The position numbers and the translations under genes are program-made. Shown here one piece after another: positions 28,052 through 38,402 of a DNA stretch of 64,000 bases. Positions within the stretch are counted from its first letter, which is position 1, and the number at the start of each line of letters is the position of its first letter. A model generated the notes under the pieces. That model was given only the letters and a program-made list of their open reading frames with translations. It had not been told where the DNA came from and did not search any database. The stretch covers positions 46,651 through 110,650 of the forward strand of contig CAMYKI010000001.1 in NCBI GenBank assembly GCA_947258985.1, given 5' to 3'. The DNA is from an uncultured Acidimicrobiaceae bacterium. GTDB taxonomy: Bacteria > Actinomycetota > Acidimicrobiia > Spongiisociales > UBA5794.

Positions 28052-28788
28052 ACCGCACCTCCGAGCATTGCAATCACACGCTTGGACAACACCGCGGCTA
28101 GCTCCCGACGATAGGCCGGGGACCCCCGGAAGTCTCCCGGCGGATCTAGTCGTTCAATGTCGTCCTGTTCGATCAAGAGAGGATGGTGGCCGACACCGGT
28201 GAGGGCGAGGCGGAAGCCGCCGGGAACCACTCGACCAACGGCGGCGACGATCGATGTATCGGCAGGGGTGCGGCCGGTCCTGGCAGAAGCGGTTTCGCCG
28301 CCGGCATCCACAGTGACCGCTGTGATGATTCCCCCGTCGAGTAGCGAGCGGTCGTCCAGCAACTCATCCAGCGGAACATCGACCTGCGCGTCCGGGCGGG
28401 CGATGGTGACTGTTGCTTCATGCGCGAGTAGGGCGGCCACCAACTCGCTCTCCGCATCTGCGCCTGCAACGGTTCCCCCGACGGTGGCGGTATGGCGCAG
28501 CGTGTTGGGTCCCTCGCGCATTGCAGTTTCCGCAAGCAGGGCTGGGGTGTCCTCGCTGTCGATCAGGTCTTGGAGGCGGACCAGCGAGCCGTAGCTGACA
28601 TGAGCGTCGGCAGAAGAGATGGAGGCGTCGGCAAGCGCCTGGATATCTACGACTTCCCCGGCCTGGATCAGCCCGGCGGCGACCCGGGTTCCGCCCGCGA
28701 TCACAACCGTTGGGGTGTCGCTCCGGTTGAGAAGGGCAAGCGCCTCTTCGAGATCGGCAGGTCGGTGATATCCGTGGATCGTCTGCAT
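28048..28788 (-). CDS. FAD-binding subunit of molybdenum hydroxylase (CoxM/YgfM-like)
   Basis: HRPADLEEALALL...VIAGGT FAD_binding_5-type N-terminus. ATGA overlap with the downstream hydroxylase. Start placed at MQTIHGY. Confidence 0.75.
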   Translation of the reverse strand: MQTIHGYHRPADLEEALALLNRSDTPTVVIAGGTRVAAGLIQAGEVVDIQALADASISSADAHVSYGSLVRLQDLIDSEDTPALLAETAMREGPNTLRHTATVGGTVAGADAESELVAALLAHEATVTIARPDAQVDVPLDELLDDRSLLDGGIITAVTVDAGGETASARTGRTPADTSIVAAVGRVVPGGFRLALTGVGHHPLLIEQDDIERLDPPGDFRGSPAYRRELAAVLSKRVIAMLGGAV

Positions 28789-28809
28789 CGCCTGTTCCCC
28801 TTCATCGTC

Positions 28810-28827
28810 GGATAGTCCAGGATAGTT
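28810..28827 (+). promoter_or_regulatory. Tandem direct repeat GGATAGTC-CA-GGATAGTT in the xdhD-operon/mocA divergent promoter
   Basis: Read directly. The same octamer GGATAGTC occurs at 8499-8506 upstream of the other hydroxylase, and also inside moxR at 45874. Confidence 0.25.
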
Positions 28828-28874
28828 CGCAGCCGGACCGTCCTCTCTCACGATGGACAAGCTATCTTCCGCGT

Positions 28875-29480
28875 ATGAGCATTATTGGTGGCATGGTCCT
28901 TGCGGCGGGTCTGTCGGAACGTATGGAAGGGGAAATCCCCAAGCAGCTGCTTCCGGTTGGAGAACTGACGCTGGCGGGTCTGGCCGTCAGACACGCAGAA
29001 GCGTCACGGCTCGACCGGATCGTGGTCGTCACCGGTCACAGAAGCGCCGAGGTTGCAGCCGGTGTCGCCGGAGGCCGCGCCGAGACAGTGGAGAACCCCG
29101 ATTTTCGGCAGGGCAACATGACCTCGTTTCGGGTCGGTGCCCAGATTCTGGCGGATTGTGACGCTGTCGTTGTGCTGCTCGCCGACATGCCGGGCGTGAC
29201 CTCCGACATGATCGATCGCCTCGTCGATGAGTGGGAAGAAGCGACCCCCTGGGCGGCGGTCTCCTCGTATCACGGACAGCTCGCCCACCCGCTTCTGTTC
29301 TCCCGTGATGCTCTTGCCGCGGCTGCCGAAGCGGAGGGTGCGAAAGGGGTATGGCGGTTTCTGCAGAAGGCAGACCCCGACCGGCTGCGGCGGGTCCCGT
29401 TTGATCGGGCGGTACCGCTCGATGTGAACACCGCAGCCGACTACGAACTGGCAGCCGGCGAATTCCCGGCATCCGGCTAG
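28875..29480 (+). CDS. mocA: MobA/MocA-like nucleotidyltransferase (molybdenum cofactor cytidylyl/guanylyltransferase)
   Basis: GMVLAAGLSERM...PKQLL N-terminal NTP-transferase motif and LLADMP. Divergent from the hydroxylase operon. Confidence 0.75.
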   Translation: MSIIGGMVLAAGLSERMEGEIPKQLLPVGELTLAGLAVRHAEASRLDRIVVVTGHRSAEVAAGVAGGRAETVENPDFRQGNMTSFRVGAQILADCDAVVVLLADMPGVTSDMIDRLVDEWEEATPWAAVSSYHGQLAHPLLFSRDALAAAAEAEGAKGVWRFLQKADPDRLRRVPFDRAVPLDVNTAADYELAAGEFPASG

Positions 29481-29590
29481 GAACCTGTTGAGCAATGTCA
29501 GTTTGGCCTCGCAGCCGCGTCTGTGACCGGGTGTTCTTTGTGGCCGAGCGAGTCCGCACGCCATTTGTTCGGCAGTTTCCTATATGACGG

Positions 29591-30739
29591 CTAGCCCGGG
29601 TCCTCAGCAAGCCAGGCACGTATCTCGGCGCCGTGCTCGTCGAGGTTCGGTGGGGGCAGGACCGATCCTGCCGGGGCCTCCGAGAGTCGTATGGGGGAGC
29701 GAAGGGTCTGAGTGTCGGTACCTGGGAACCCGATCGTCGGATCCAGGTCCTGCTCCTCCGCCCAGCTGAAGGCCTCGCCGATGGTGTTGATGGAGCCTGC
29801 GGGCACCCCGGCCGCTTGGAGTAGCGCAATCCAGTGATCTGCGGGCGCCGTTGCGAACGTCGCGGAAAGCTCTGCGACGAGCGGCTCGACGTTGACCCGA
29901 CGGGAAGCATTGGTGCTGAATCGCACATCTGTGGCGAGATCGTCACGTCCGATCGCTGCGCAGGTTCGTTGCCACATCCGATCATTGGCGGCAGCCAGGA
30001 TGAAGTCCCGATCGGCGGCCGAGAAGGACTCGTACGGTGCGATAGATGGGTGTCTATTCCCCTGTGGTGCGGCTACCACGTCGGCGTTGAGATATGCCGA
30101 AGCCTGGTTGAGTAGGGCGTTCAGCGCGGAGTCGAAGAGCGAAACGTCGACCCGCTGCCCTTTTCCGGTTCGTTCCCGATGCTGGAGGGCGGCGAGTACC
30201 CCAATCGTGGCGTAGAGACCAGCGGTCATATCCGTGATGGCTGCACCGACCTTGGTCGGCGGACCCCCGGGTTGACCGGTGATGCTCATGATCCCGCTCA
30301 TGGCCTGGATGAGGAGGTCGTACCCGGGCAGCGACGCCGTCGGGCCCTGGGCTGCGAATCCTTGGATAGAGCAGTAGACGAGGCCGGGGTTGTCAGCTCG
30401 GACGGTTTCAAACCCAAGCCCGAGCTCATCCATCAGGCCTGCGCGGAAGTTCTCGACGACAACGTCGGCGCGGCGGATTAGGGCCTCCGCAAGTCTCAGG
30501 TCCGTCGGATCCTTGAGATCGAGGGCAATGCTTCGCTTGCCCCGGTTGAGTCCGAGATAGTACGTGGATTGACCATGTGCCCACGGAGGCCCCCAGCTGC
30601 GGGTGTCGTCACCGCTCTCGGGACGCTCTACTTTGACAACGTCTGCACCCAGGTCCGCCAGGTTCATGGTGAGGATCGGCGCAGCCAGAACTCGAGAGAA
30701 GTCGGCAATCAGAAGCCCGGAGAGCGGCGCGGTCTCTAT
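29591..30739 (-). CDS. Family III (CaiB/BaiF) CoA-transferase; start codon unresolved
   Basis: PLSGLLIADFSRVLAAPILTMNLADLGADVVKVERPE N-terminal signature. No ATG/GTG/TTG near it. ATA at 30739 overlaps the upstream TAG (ATAG). Confidence 0.7.
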   Translation of the reverse strand: METAPLSGLLIADFSRVLAAPILTMNLADLGADVVKVERPESGDDTRSWGPPWAHGQSTYYLGLNRGKRSIALDLKDPTDLRLAEALIRRADVVVENFRAGLMDELGLGFETVRADNPGLVYCSIQGFAAQGPTASLPGYDLLIQAMSGIMSITGQPGGPPTKVGAAITDMTAGLYATIGVLAALQHRERTGKGQRVDVSLFDSALNALLNQASAYLNADVVAAPQGNRHPSIAPYESFSAADRDFILAAANDRMWQRTCAAIGRDDLATDVRFSTNASRRVNVEPLVAELSATFATAPADHWIALLQAAGVPAGSINTIGEAFSWAEEQDLDPTIGFPGTDTQTLRSPIRLSEAPAGSVLPPPNLDEHGAEIRAWLAEDPG

Positions 30740-31110
30740 GCGAGTAGCTCGAGAGCGCGGTCGAGAGTGTGCGCCGGGTCGAGAAGCTCCACCATGCTGG
30801 GGGCCTCGGGCAGCAGGTTCCGCGCCGCCTCGTGCAAGTGCGCTGGCACCTCGAGCAGCAGCGGGATGCTGTACGTCTTGCAGATGTGGAATACGTCGGC
30901 GCACTGCAGTTCGTCGTCCGGTTGGGCGGTGATCTTGTGGAGATAGCCGACGAGCAGATCGAATCGGTTCTGCTGAGTCACCCGCCCCACACAGTTACCG
31001 TGGTTATCGAGGCCATTTGAGACCGGGATCGTGTCGTAGCCCGACATGACGAGGTAGCTCAGCAGCCTCGAGTCCGTGCCTTCGAAATAGCCGACAGCTT
31101 TACGCGGCAT
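30736..31110 (-). CDS. Conserved hypothetical 124-aa protein, paralog B
   Basis: Gapless 73/124 identity (hand count) to 31119-31493. Shared blocks GYFEGTDS, YDT.PVSNG, D.HG, FHICKTYSIPLL, RALELLA. Confidence 0.7.
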   Translation of the reverse strand: MPRKAVGYFEGTDSRLLSYLVMSGYDTIPVSNGLDNHGNCVGRVTQQNRFDLLVGYLHKITAQPDDELQCADVFHICKTYSIPLLLEVPAHLHEAARNLLPEAPSMVELLDPAHTLDRALELLA

Positions 31111-31118
31111 GTTCGCCC

Positions 31119-31493
31119 CTAGGCCAGCAGCTCGAGCGCCCGCTCGAGGATTTCGCCCGGGTCCATGAACTCGACGACCTCCGGCGGATCGGGCATGAGT
31201 CGCCGGGCGCTCTCTTTGAGGCTCTCGGGAACCTCGATCAGCAACGGGATGCTGTAGGTCTTGCAGATGTGGAAGATCTCTTGATAGGGCAGGTCGTATT
31301 CGACTGGTGCATACAGCTTGTGCGGGTAACCGATCAGGATGTCGTATTTCTCCTGCTGGTTGATTCTCCGCACATTCTTGCCGTGGTGATCGACCCCGTT
31401 CGAAACGGGAAGGGTGTCGTAGCCAGCGCAAATGAGACTGGTCAACAGAGTCGAGTCTGTTCCTTCGAAGTATCCAACCGACTTTCTAGTCAT
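31119..31493 (-). CDS. Conserved hypothetical 124-aa protein, paralog A
   Basis: GGTGGAGG RBS 5 nt upstream of the ATG. Alternating beta/alpha pattern suggests a small flavodoxin/receiver-like fold. Confidence 0.7.
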   Translation of the reverse strand: MTRKSVGYFEGTDSTLLTSLICAGYDTLPVSNGVDHHGKNVRRINQQEKYDILIGYPHKLYAPVEYDLPYQEIFHICKTYSIPLLIEVPESLKESARRLMPDPPEVVEFMDPGEILERALELLA

Positions 31494-31506
31494 TCATGCC
31501 TCCACC

Positions 31507-31530
31507 GTTGTCCGCATTATCGCGGACAAC
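31507..31530 (-). other. Intercistronic hairpin between gdhA and paralog A, abutting the paralog A SD
   Basis: gttgtccgc/gcggacaac 9-bp stem with a 6-nt loop. Confidence 0.4.
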
Positions 31531-31547
31531 AGAACCTCTCAATCCGT

Positions 31548-32888
31548 TCAAACGACGCCCTGAGCAAGCATCGCCTCGGCGACCTTCAGGAAACCGGCGA
31601 TGTTGGCTCCGTTCACATAGTTGCCTGGTGTGCCGTGTGATTCAGCTGCCTGGTAACAACTCTTGTGTATGTCAACCATGATGTTGCGCAACCGCTTGTC
31701 GACGGTGTTCCGGTCCCAGGAGGTGTGACCGGCGTTCTGCGACATTTCCAGGCCGCTGGTGGCGACACCGCCGGCATTGGCTGCCTTGCCGGGAGCGAAG
31801 AGAGTTCCCTCGTCCTGGAACAGCCGCACACCGTCGGGGACGGTCGGCATGTTCGCCCCTTCCGCGACGAGCCCTACATTGTTGGAGACAAGCGTTTTGG
31901 CGTCTTCCAAGCTCAGCTCGTTCTGGGTAGCGCAGGGGAAGGCGCACGCCGCTTCAACGGCCCACGGCCGCTTACCCTCGTAGTAGTCGGCGCCGAAGTG
32001 CTCCGCGTACTCGGAGATCCGGCCGCGCCGGACATTCTTGAGATCCATGACCCATTGCAGCTTCTCGTCGTCGATGCCGTCTTTGTCGTAGATGAATCCA
32101 CCGGAATCCGACAGCGTGACCGCTTTGCCACCGATGCGGTTGATGTTCTCCACAGCGAATTGCGCAACGTTGCCGGAGCCGGACACGAGACACGACTTCT
32201 GATAGATGCTGTCGTCTTTGACCTTCAACATCTCTTCGGCGAAGTAGATAGTTCCGTAACCGGTTGCCTCTGGCCGTATCAGGCTGCCGCCCCAACCGGG
32301 TCCTTTCCCGGTGAGAACGCCGGCGAACTCGTTGGCGAGTTTCTTGTACTGACCGAACATGAATCCGATCTCGCGCCCGCCGACACCGATATCGCCGGCG
32401 GGTACGTCGGTACGGTCACCGATGTGACGCCACAGTTCGCTCATGAACGCCTGGCAGAAGCGCATCACTTCGTTGTCGCTCTTGCCTTTGGGATCGAAGT
32501 CGGAGCCACCCTTGCCGCCCCCCATGGGGAGGGTGGTTAGAGCGTTCTTGAAAACCTGCTCGAATCCGAGGAACTTGAGGATGCCAAGGTTGACACTCGG
32601 GTGGAAGCGAAGGCCACCCTTGTAGGGGCCGATAGCGCTGCTCATCTCAACGCGGAAGCCTCGATTTACCTTGACTTTCCCGGCGTCGTCTACCCAGGGG
32701 ACCCGGAACATGACCACCCTCTCGGGTTCGACCATCCGTTCCAGGATGTTGTTGTCGCGGATTGCGGGGTACTCGTCGAGAACGGGATAGATCGACTCGA
32801 CGACCTCGTGAACCGCTTGGTGAAATTCAGGCTCATTGGGGCTGCGTTGTGCAACCTTCTCCATGAACTCGGGGACAGAATATGTCAC
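31548..32888 (-). CDS. gdhA: NADP-type glutamate dehydrogenase (about 50 kDa hexameric class)
   Basis: 446 aa. KGGLRFHP and PMGGGKGGSDFDPKGKS catalytic region. GSGNVAQ dinucleotide fold. GTG start with GGAGG upstream. Confidence 0.9.
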   Translation of the reverse strand: MTYSVPEFMEKVAQRSPNEPEFHQAVHEVVESIYPVLDEYPAIRDNNILERMVEPERVVMFRVPWVDDAGKVKVNRGFRVEMSSAIGPYKGGLRFHPSVNLGILKFLGFEQVFKNALTTLPMGGGKGGSDFDPKGKSDNEVMRFCQAFMSELWRHIGDRTDVPAGDIGVGGREIGFMFGQYKKLANEFAGVLTGKGPGWGGSLIRPEATGYGTIYFAEEMLKVKDDSIYQKSCLVSGSGNVAQFAVENINRIGGKAVTLSDSGGFIYDKDGIDDEKLQWVMDLKNVRRGRISEYAEHFGADYYEGKRPWAVEAACAFPCATQNELSLEDAKTLVSNNVGLVAEGANMPTVPDGVRLFQDEGTLFAPGKAANAGGVATSGLEMSQNAGHTSWDRNTVDKRLRNIMVDIHKSCYQAAESHGTPGNYVNGANIAGFLKVAEAMLAQGVV

Positions 32889-33300
32889 GCCTTACGCCTC
32901 CGTCGTGCGGGTTTCGAAAACGCGTCTCTCTTCGTTTTCGGCATGAGCCGCCGTCTCATTCACCATCTTGTAGTCCCGCATTTTGCGCCTGGACCAACCT
33001 GTGAATGGTTCGCATTGAATCCCAGGAAAGAGAGCACTGGTATCCATTCCAAACAGACTATCTGTTCCCACACGATTTGGTAGGGATCGTTGTGCCTTGT
33101 TGGAAAGGGCCATTCGGCGTATCTCTTCGTCGACAGCAGGCTGTCGACGAGTCTCTCGCCGCCTTTCGGCGGCTCGTATCTGAACGGCCTCCCGGCCGTC
33201 GCTCTTAGTTCGTTGCGGCGGAGCCGCCCCAAATTGGATCGAGGGGGCTGGCGCGACGGCCACCCCCTCGAGCACCCCCAATCTTGGGCGACGAGAAACC

Positions 33301-33322
33301 CGTCTGCAGCCCGCCGCAGACG
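33301..33322 (-). terminator. Hairpin terminator after ABC operon 2
   Basis: cgtctgc/gcagacg stem 7 nt downstream of the stop at 33329, followed on the minus strand by GGUUUCU. Confidence 0.5.
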
Positions 33323-33328
33323 GAGTCC

Positions 33329-34282
33329 CTAGCGCTGTTCGCGGAAGTAGGGGAGGCCGAGTGCCGCCGGGGCGCCCAGGAACCTTGCCCGCTTGCCGCT
33401 GGTCAGAACGATCATGGCGATGATCGCCAGGATGAACGGCAGCATTGCCAGCAGGCTCGACGGGACGTTGCTCCACGGCTCGCCCATCGTCTGCAGGGTG
33501 AATTGGACTCGCTCTGCGGCACCGAACAGGTAGGCCGCAAAGAGCGCCCTCCACGGCCGCCAACTCGCCAGGATCACCAGGGCGATGGCGATCCACCCGG
33601 CCGCACCGATCGGCTCGTTTTGCCAGGTAGGCACCAGTGCCAGTGAGTAGTAGGCGCCGGCGATGCCGGAAAGCGCGCCACCGATCATGATGTGGATGTA
33701 GCGCACTCGCGAGACGTTGACTCCCGCCGACTCTGCGCTGGCCGGGTCCTCGCCGACCGCCCGCAATGACAGACCCATCCGCGTACGGAACAGGTAGAAG
33801 CTGGCTGCGGCAACCGTCAGCCACGAGATGTAGACAAGGATGTCGTGTCCGAAGATGAGCGGTCCGATGACGGGGATGTCGGCCAAACCGCCCTCGAGGA
33901 TCGGCTCGAAGGTGGCCTTGGAGGGCTCTCCGACCAACGGTTCGGATCCCGCTTCCCCGAGGAAACTCGACAATCCTGTGCCGAAGATCGTGAGTGCCAG
34001 ACCGGAGACGATTTGGCTGACGCGTAACGTTACCGACGCAAAAGCATGGATCACGGAGAAGAGGGATCCGGCGATCATGGCAATGATCACGCCGAGTAGC
34101 AGGCTCTCGGTGTTGTACGTCGCCCAGAAGCCTGCAACCGCGCCCACCAGCATCATCCCCTGGACTCCCAGGTTCAGATTGCCGGCGCGCTCGGTGATGA
34201 TTTCGCCGATGGTCCCGAATACGAGTGGTGTTCCCAAGCCGATGGCTGCAAACAGGGTCAGGATCAGTGTGGATTCATTCAT
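33329..34282 (-). CDS. ABC transporter permease (BMP-type system 2)
   Basis: 317-aa polytopic protein. ATGA overlap upstream. Paralog of 4546-5478. Confidence 0.85.
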   Translation of the reverse strand: MNESTLILTLFAAIGLGTPLVFGTIGEIITERAGNLNLGVQGMMLVGAVAGFWATYNTESLLLGVIIAMIAGSLFSVIHAFASVTLRVSQIVSGLALTIFGTGLSSFLGEAGSEPLVGEPSKATFEPILEGGLADIPVIGPLIFGHDILVYISWLTVAAASFYLFRTRMGLSLRAVGEDPASAESAGVNVSRVRYIHIMIGGALSGIAGAYYSLALVPTWQNEPIGAAGWIAIALVILASWRPWRALFAAYLFGAAERVQFTLQTMGEPWSNVPSSLLAMLPFILAIIAMIVLTSGKRARFLGAPAALGLPYFREQR

Positions 34283-35393
34283 GCCGCACCCGCCCCTTCT
34301 GCCGCAGGAGCTCCTGCGGGCTTCTTTTCAGGTTTTCGCACCCGGTTGGCGATGAAGAACTCGCCGGCAACGGCAAAGATGAGGATGGCTCCCTGCAGCA
34401 TGGTGACCGTCGCTGCCGGGATCTGGATCGACTGCAGCGCCGGTCCGGCATTGTTGAGAGCCCCCATCAGGATTGCGACCGGAATCACTGCCACCGGATT
34501 GAGCCGTGCCAGGGCGGCGACGATGATGCCCGTGAAGCCGAGTCCCAGGTCGAGCGATCGGGGATCGAGTGCTCCGACCGGCCCGGCGACGTAGAGAGAG
34601 CCGGCGAGTCCGGCGAATGCGCCCGACATCAAGAAGACGCCGAGGAACTTGCGCGGCACGGAAATGCCTGCGTAACGGGCGGTATCGGCAGAGTCGCCCA
34701 CAACGCGTACCTCAAATCCCCACTTGGTCTTGCTGATGAGGAACCAGGCCAGCACCGCCAGCAGCGCGGCGATGATGAAGCCGTAATCCAGGCGGTTGAA
34801 GAACTCCGGGATCCGGGCACTTTCGGGAATCGGGCGACCACTGGGGAACTGGGGCACGAGCGGATCGCGCCACGGGCTGCTGCTACCAAAGATCAGATAG
34901 TTCATGAAGTTGAGGGCGATGAAGTTGAGCATCAATGTGGTGATGATCTCGTTCGTTCCCAGGTAGACCTTCGGTACCGCAGAGATCGAAGCCCAGAACG
35001 CTCCGCCGATGGCGCCGGCGATGATCACCAGGGGGATCGCCAACGCCGACGGCGTGCCGTCTCCCAGGGCGATCCCCAGCCCGGCGGCGAAGACCGCGCC
35101 CATGAGGAACTGGCCTTCAGCGCCGATGTTCCACACCAGCATCTTGAACGCAACCGCGGCGGCAACGCCGGTGAGAATCAACGGTGTGGCCGATATGAGA
35201 GTCTCGCTGATGCCCCGACTCGAGCCAAAGGATGTATCCGCCATCTTGACGTACACGTCCCACGGGTTATTGCCGGTGACCGCGAGGAAGACGGCTCCAA
35301 CGACAAGCGCAAGGAGCACGGCTATGAGTGGCACCGCCAGCGTCAGCCGGGCGGAGGCCAGGCCACGGGGTTCGACGATGAAGCGGCGGGTCG

Positions 35394-35397
<4 letters not shown>
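34279..35397 (-). CDS. ABC transporter permease (BMP-type system 2)
   Basis: 372-aa polytopic protein. Overlaps the ATPase stop. Confidence 0.85.
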
Positions 35398-36923
<1,526 letters not shown>

Positions 36924-37026
36924 GGCCGTAGCCTAGCCAGTCGACCGGGGGCCCGGCCATTGACCGGAAATGGAGAAGGGCCCCGCAGCAGCGGGGCCCT
37001 TCCAGGTAGTAACGAATCGCCTGCGA

Positions 37027-38154
37027 TCAGCCGGTCGGGCTGCCGATGACACCTTCAACGAAGTAGTCCATGATGAAGATATCGCCCAACGCGCGCTCGT
37101 TGCCGTCCTGATCCACAATCGGATCGGGAAGCACGGTGAACGAGCCGTCGATGATCTGCGCCTGGCGCTCTTCGATCAGCGCGATGGTGTCGGCGGAGAC
37201 CGACTCGCCAAACGGTGCCAGCGCAACCATGCCGTCTGCCATGTTGCCGTAGTAGTTGGTGGGTGCCCACGTACCGGCCGCGACTGCCTCAGCCTGCGCA
37301 AGATAGAACGGACCCCAGTCCCAGATCGGGGCGGTGAGCCATGCGGTCGGGGCGAACTCGGTCATGTCCGTGTTGTATCCGCTCCACTTGGCGCCCGCAG
37401 CCTCTGCGGTCTGTCCGGGTGCGGCAGAGTCCTGGTGCATTGCGATCACGTCGGCGCCGGCATCCAGCAGCGACTGAGCTGCGGTGCCTTCCTTCGGCGG
37501 ATCGAACCAGGTGGACGTCCACACGACCTGCACCTGAGCGTCCGGGTTGACCTCACGAACCCCAAGGGTGAAGGCGTTGATGCCGCGCAGCACCTCTGGG
37601 ATCGGGAAAGCCGCTACGTAGCCAACGAGGTTGGTTTCGGTGGCTGCGCCCGAGGCCATTCCGCTGAGATAGCGGCCTTCTTCGGCGGCGCCGAAGTAGT
37701 TGCCCATGTTTTCGCCACTCATGAAGCCGGTGGCATGCATGAATGCGACATCCGGGTAGTTGGCTGCGGCCGCCAGCATCGGCTCCATGTAGCCGAACGA
37801 GGTGCCAAAGATCAGCATGTTGCCGTCTGCGGCGAGATCCTCGAATACGCGCTGCGAATCAGATCCCTCGGGGATGCTCTCGAGAGTGGTTACCTCGACG
37901 TTGGCGTTGGCCTTGAGGTACTCGGCGCCCTGATCGTGGGCCCAGGACCATCCCTTGTCTGCGACCGGGCCGACGTGGACAAATGCCACCTTGAGCGTTT
38001 CGCCGTCGCCGCCGCCGCTTGCTGCTGCGGTTGTCTCCGTGCCTCCGGAGGCTTCAGTAGTGGCCGTCTCGTCATCATCGCCGCCGCACGCGGCTGCCAC
38101 GAGCGCTAGCGCCAGTGCCAGGATTGCGAGAAACCGCCAGTTCATACGGTTCAT
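37027..38154 (-). CDS. BMP-family (PnrA/Med-like) lipoprotein, ABC substrate-binding protein
   Basis: Signal peptide with lipobox LVAAAC followed by a GGDDDE linker and a BMP binding fold. Confidence 0.85.
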   Translation of the reverse strand: MNRMNWRFLAILALALALVAAACGGDDDETATTEASGGTETTAAASGGGDGETLKVAFVHVGPVADKGWSWAHDQGAEYLKANANVEVTTLESIPEGSDSQRVFEDLAADGNMLIFGTSFGYMEPMLAAAANYPDVAFMHATGFMSGENMGNYFGAAEEGRYLSGMASGAATETNLVGYVAAFPIPEVLRGINAFTLGVREVNPDAQVQVVWTSTWFDPPKEGTAAQSLLDAGADVIAMHQDSAAPGQTAEAAGAKWSGYNTDMTEFAPTAWLTAPIWDWGPFYLAQAEAVAAGTWAPTNYYGNMADGMVALAPFGESVSADTIALIEERQAQIIDGSFTVLPDPIVDQDGNERALGDIFIMDYFVEGVIGSPTG

Positions 38155-38402
38155 TAAGTCCTTCTTTCTGCGAGTCGCCAGCCCGACGTGGTTGTCGGGA
38201 TGAGATTCGATGGCTTTGCCTTTGCGAAGCCGCCTGTACTTTAGGTACAGAACCGCTGTAGCGCCTATTGGGAAGGCCGGGGACCGCCATCACGGGGGTT
38301 GGTGGTCATGTTGTCAGAAGTGACTCAGGTCCCTCCAATCGGGACTTGCATTTCGCGAGTTTTGGGCGCACATTGAAGGGTGGAGACTGCAATGGAGGCT
38401 CC

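Noticed and set aside
32960-33232. Small ORFs in the gdhA leader (90 aa on the minus strand; 67 aa on the plus strand at 33005-33208).
   Set aside because: They have no RBS, overlap each other on opposite strands, and have odd composition. The region is better explained as a structured non-coding leader.
38236-38252. CTGTAC-TTTAG-GTACAG inverted repeat upstream of ABC system 2, considered as an operator shared with system 1.
   Set aside because: The system-1 promoter (6705-6862) has only a dissimilar TTTACA-AAA-TGTCAA repeat. No common motif could be established by eye.
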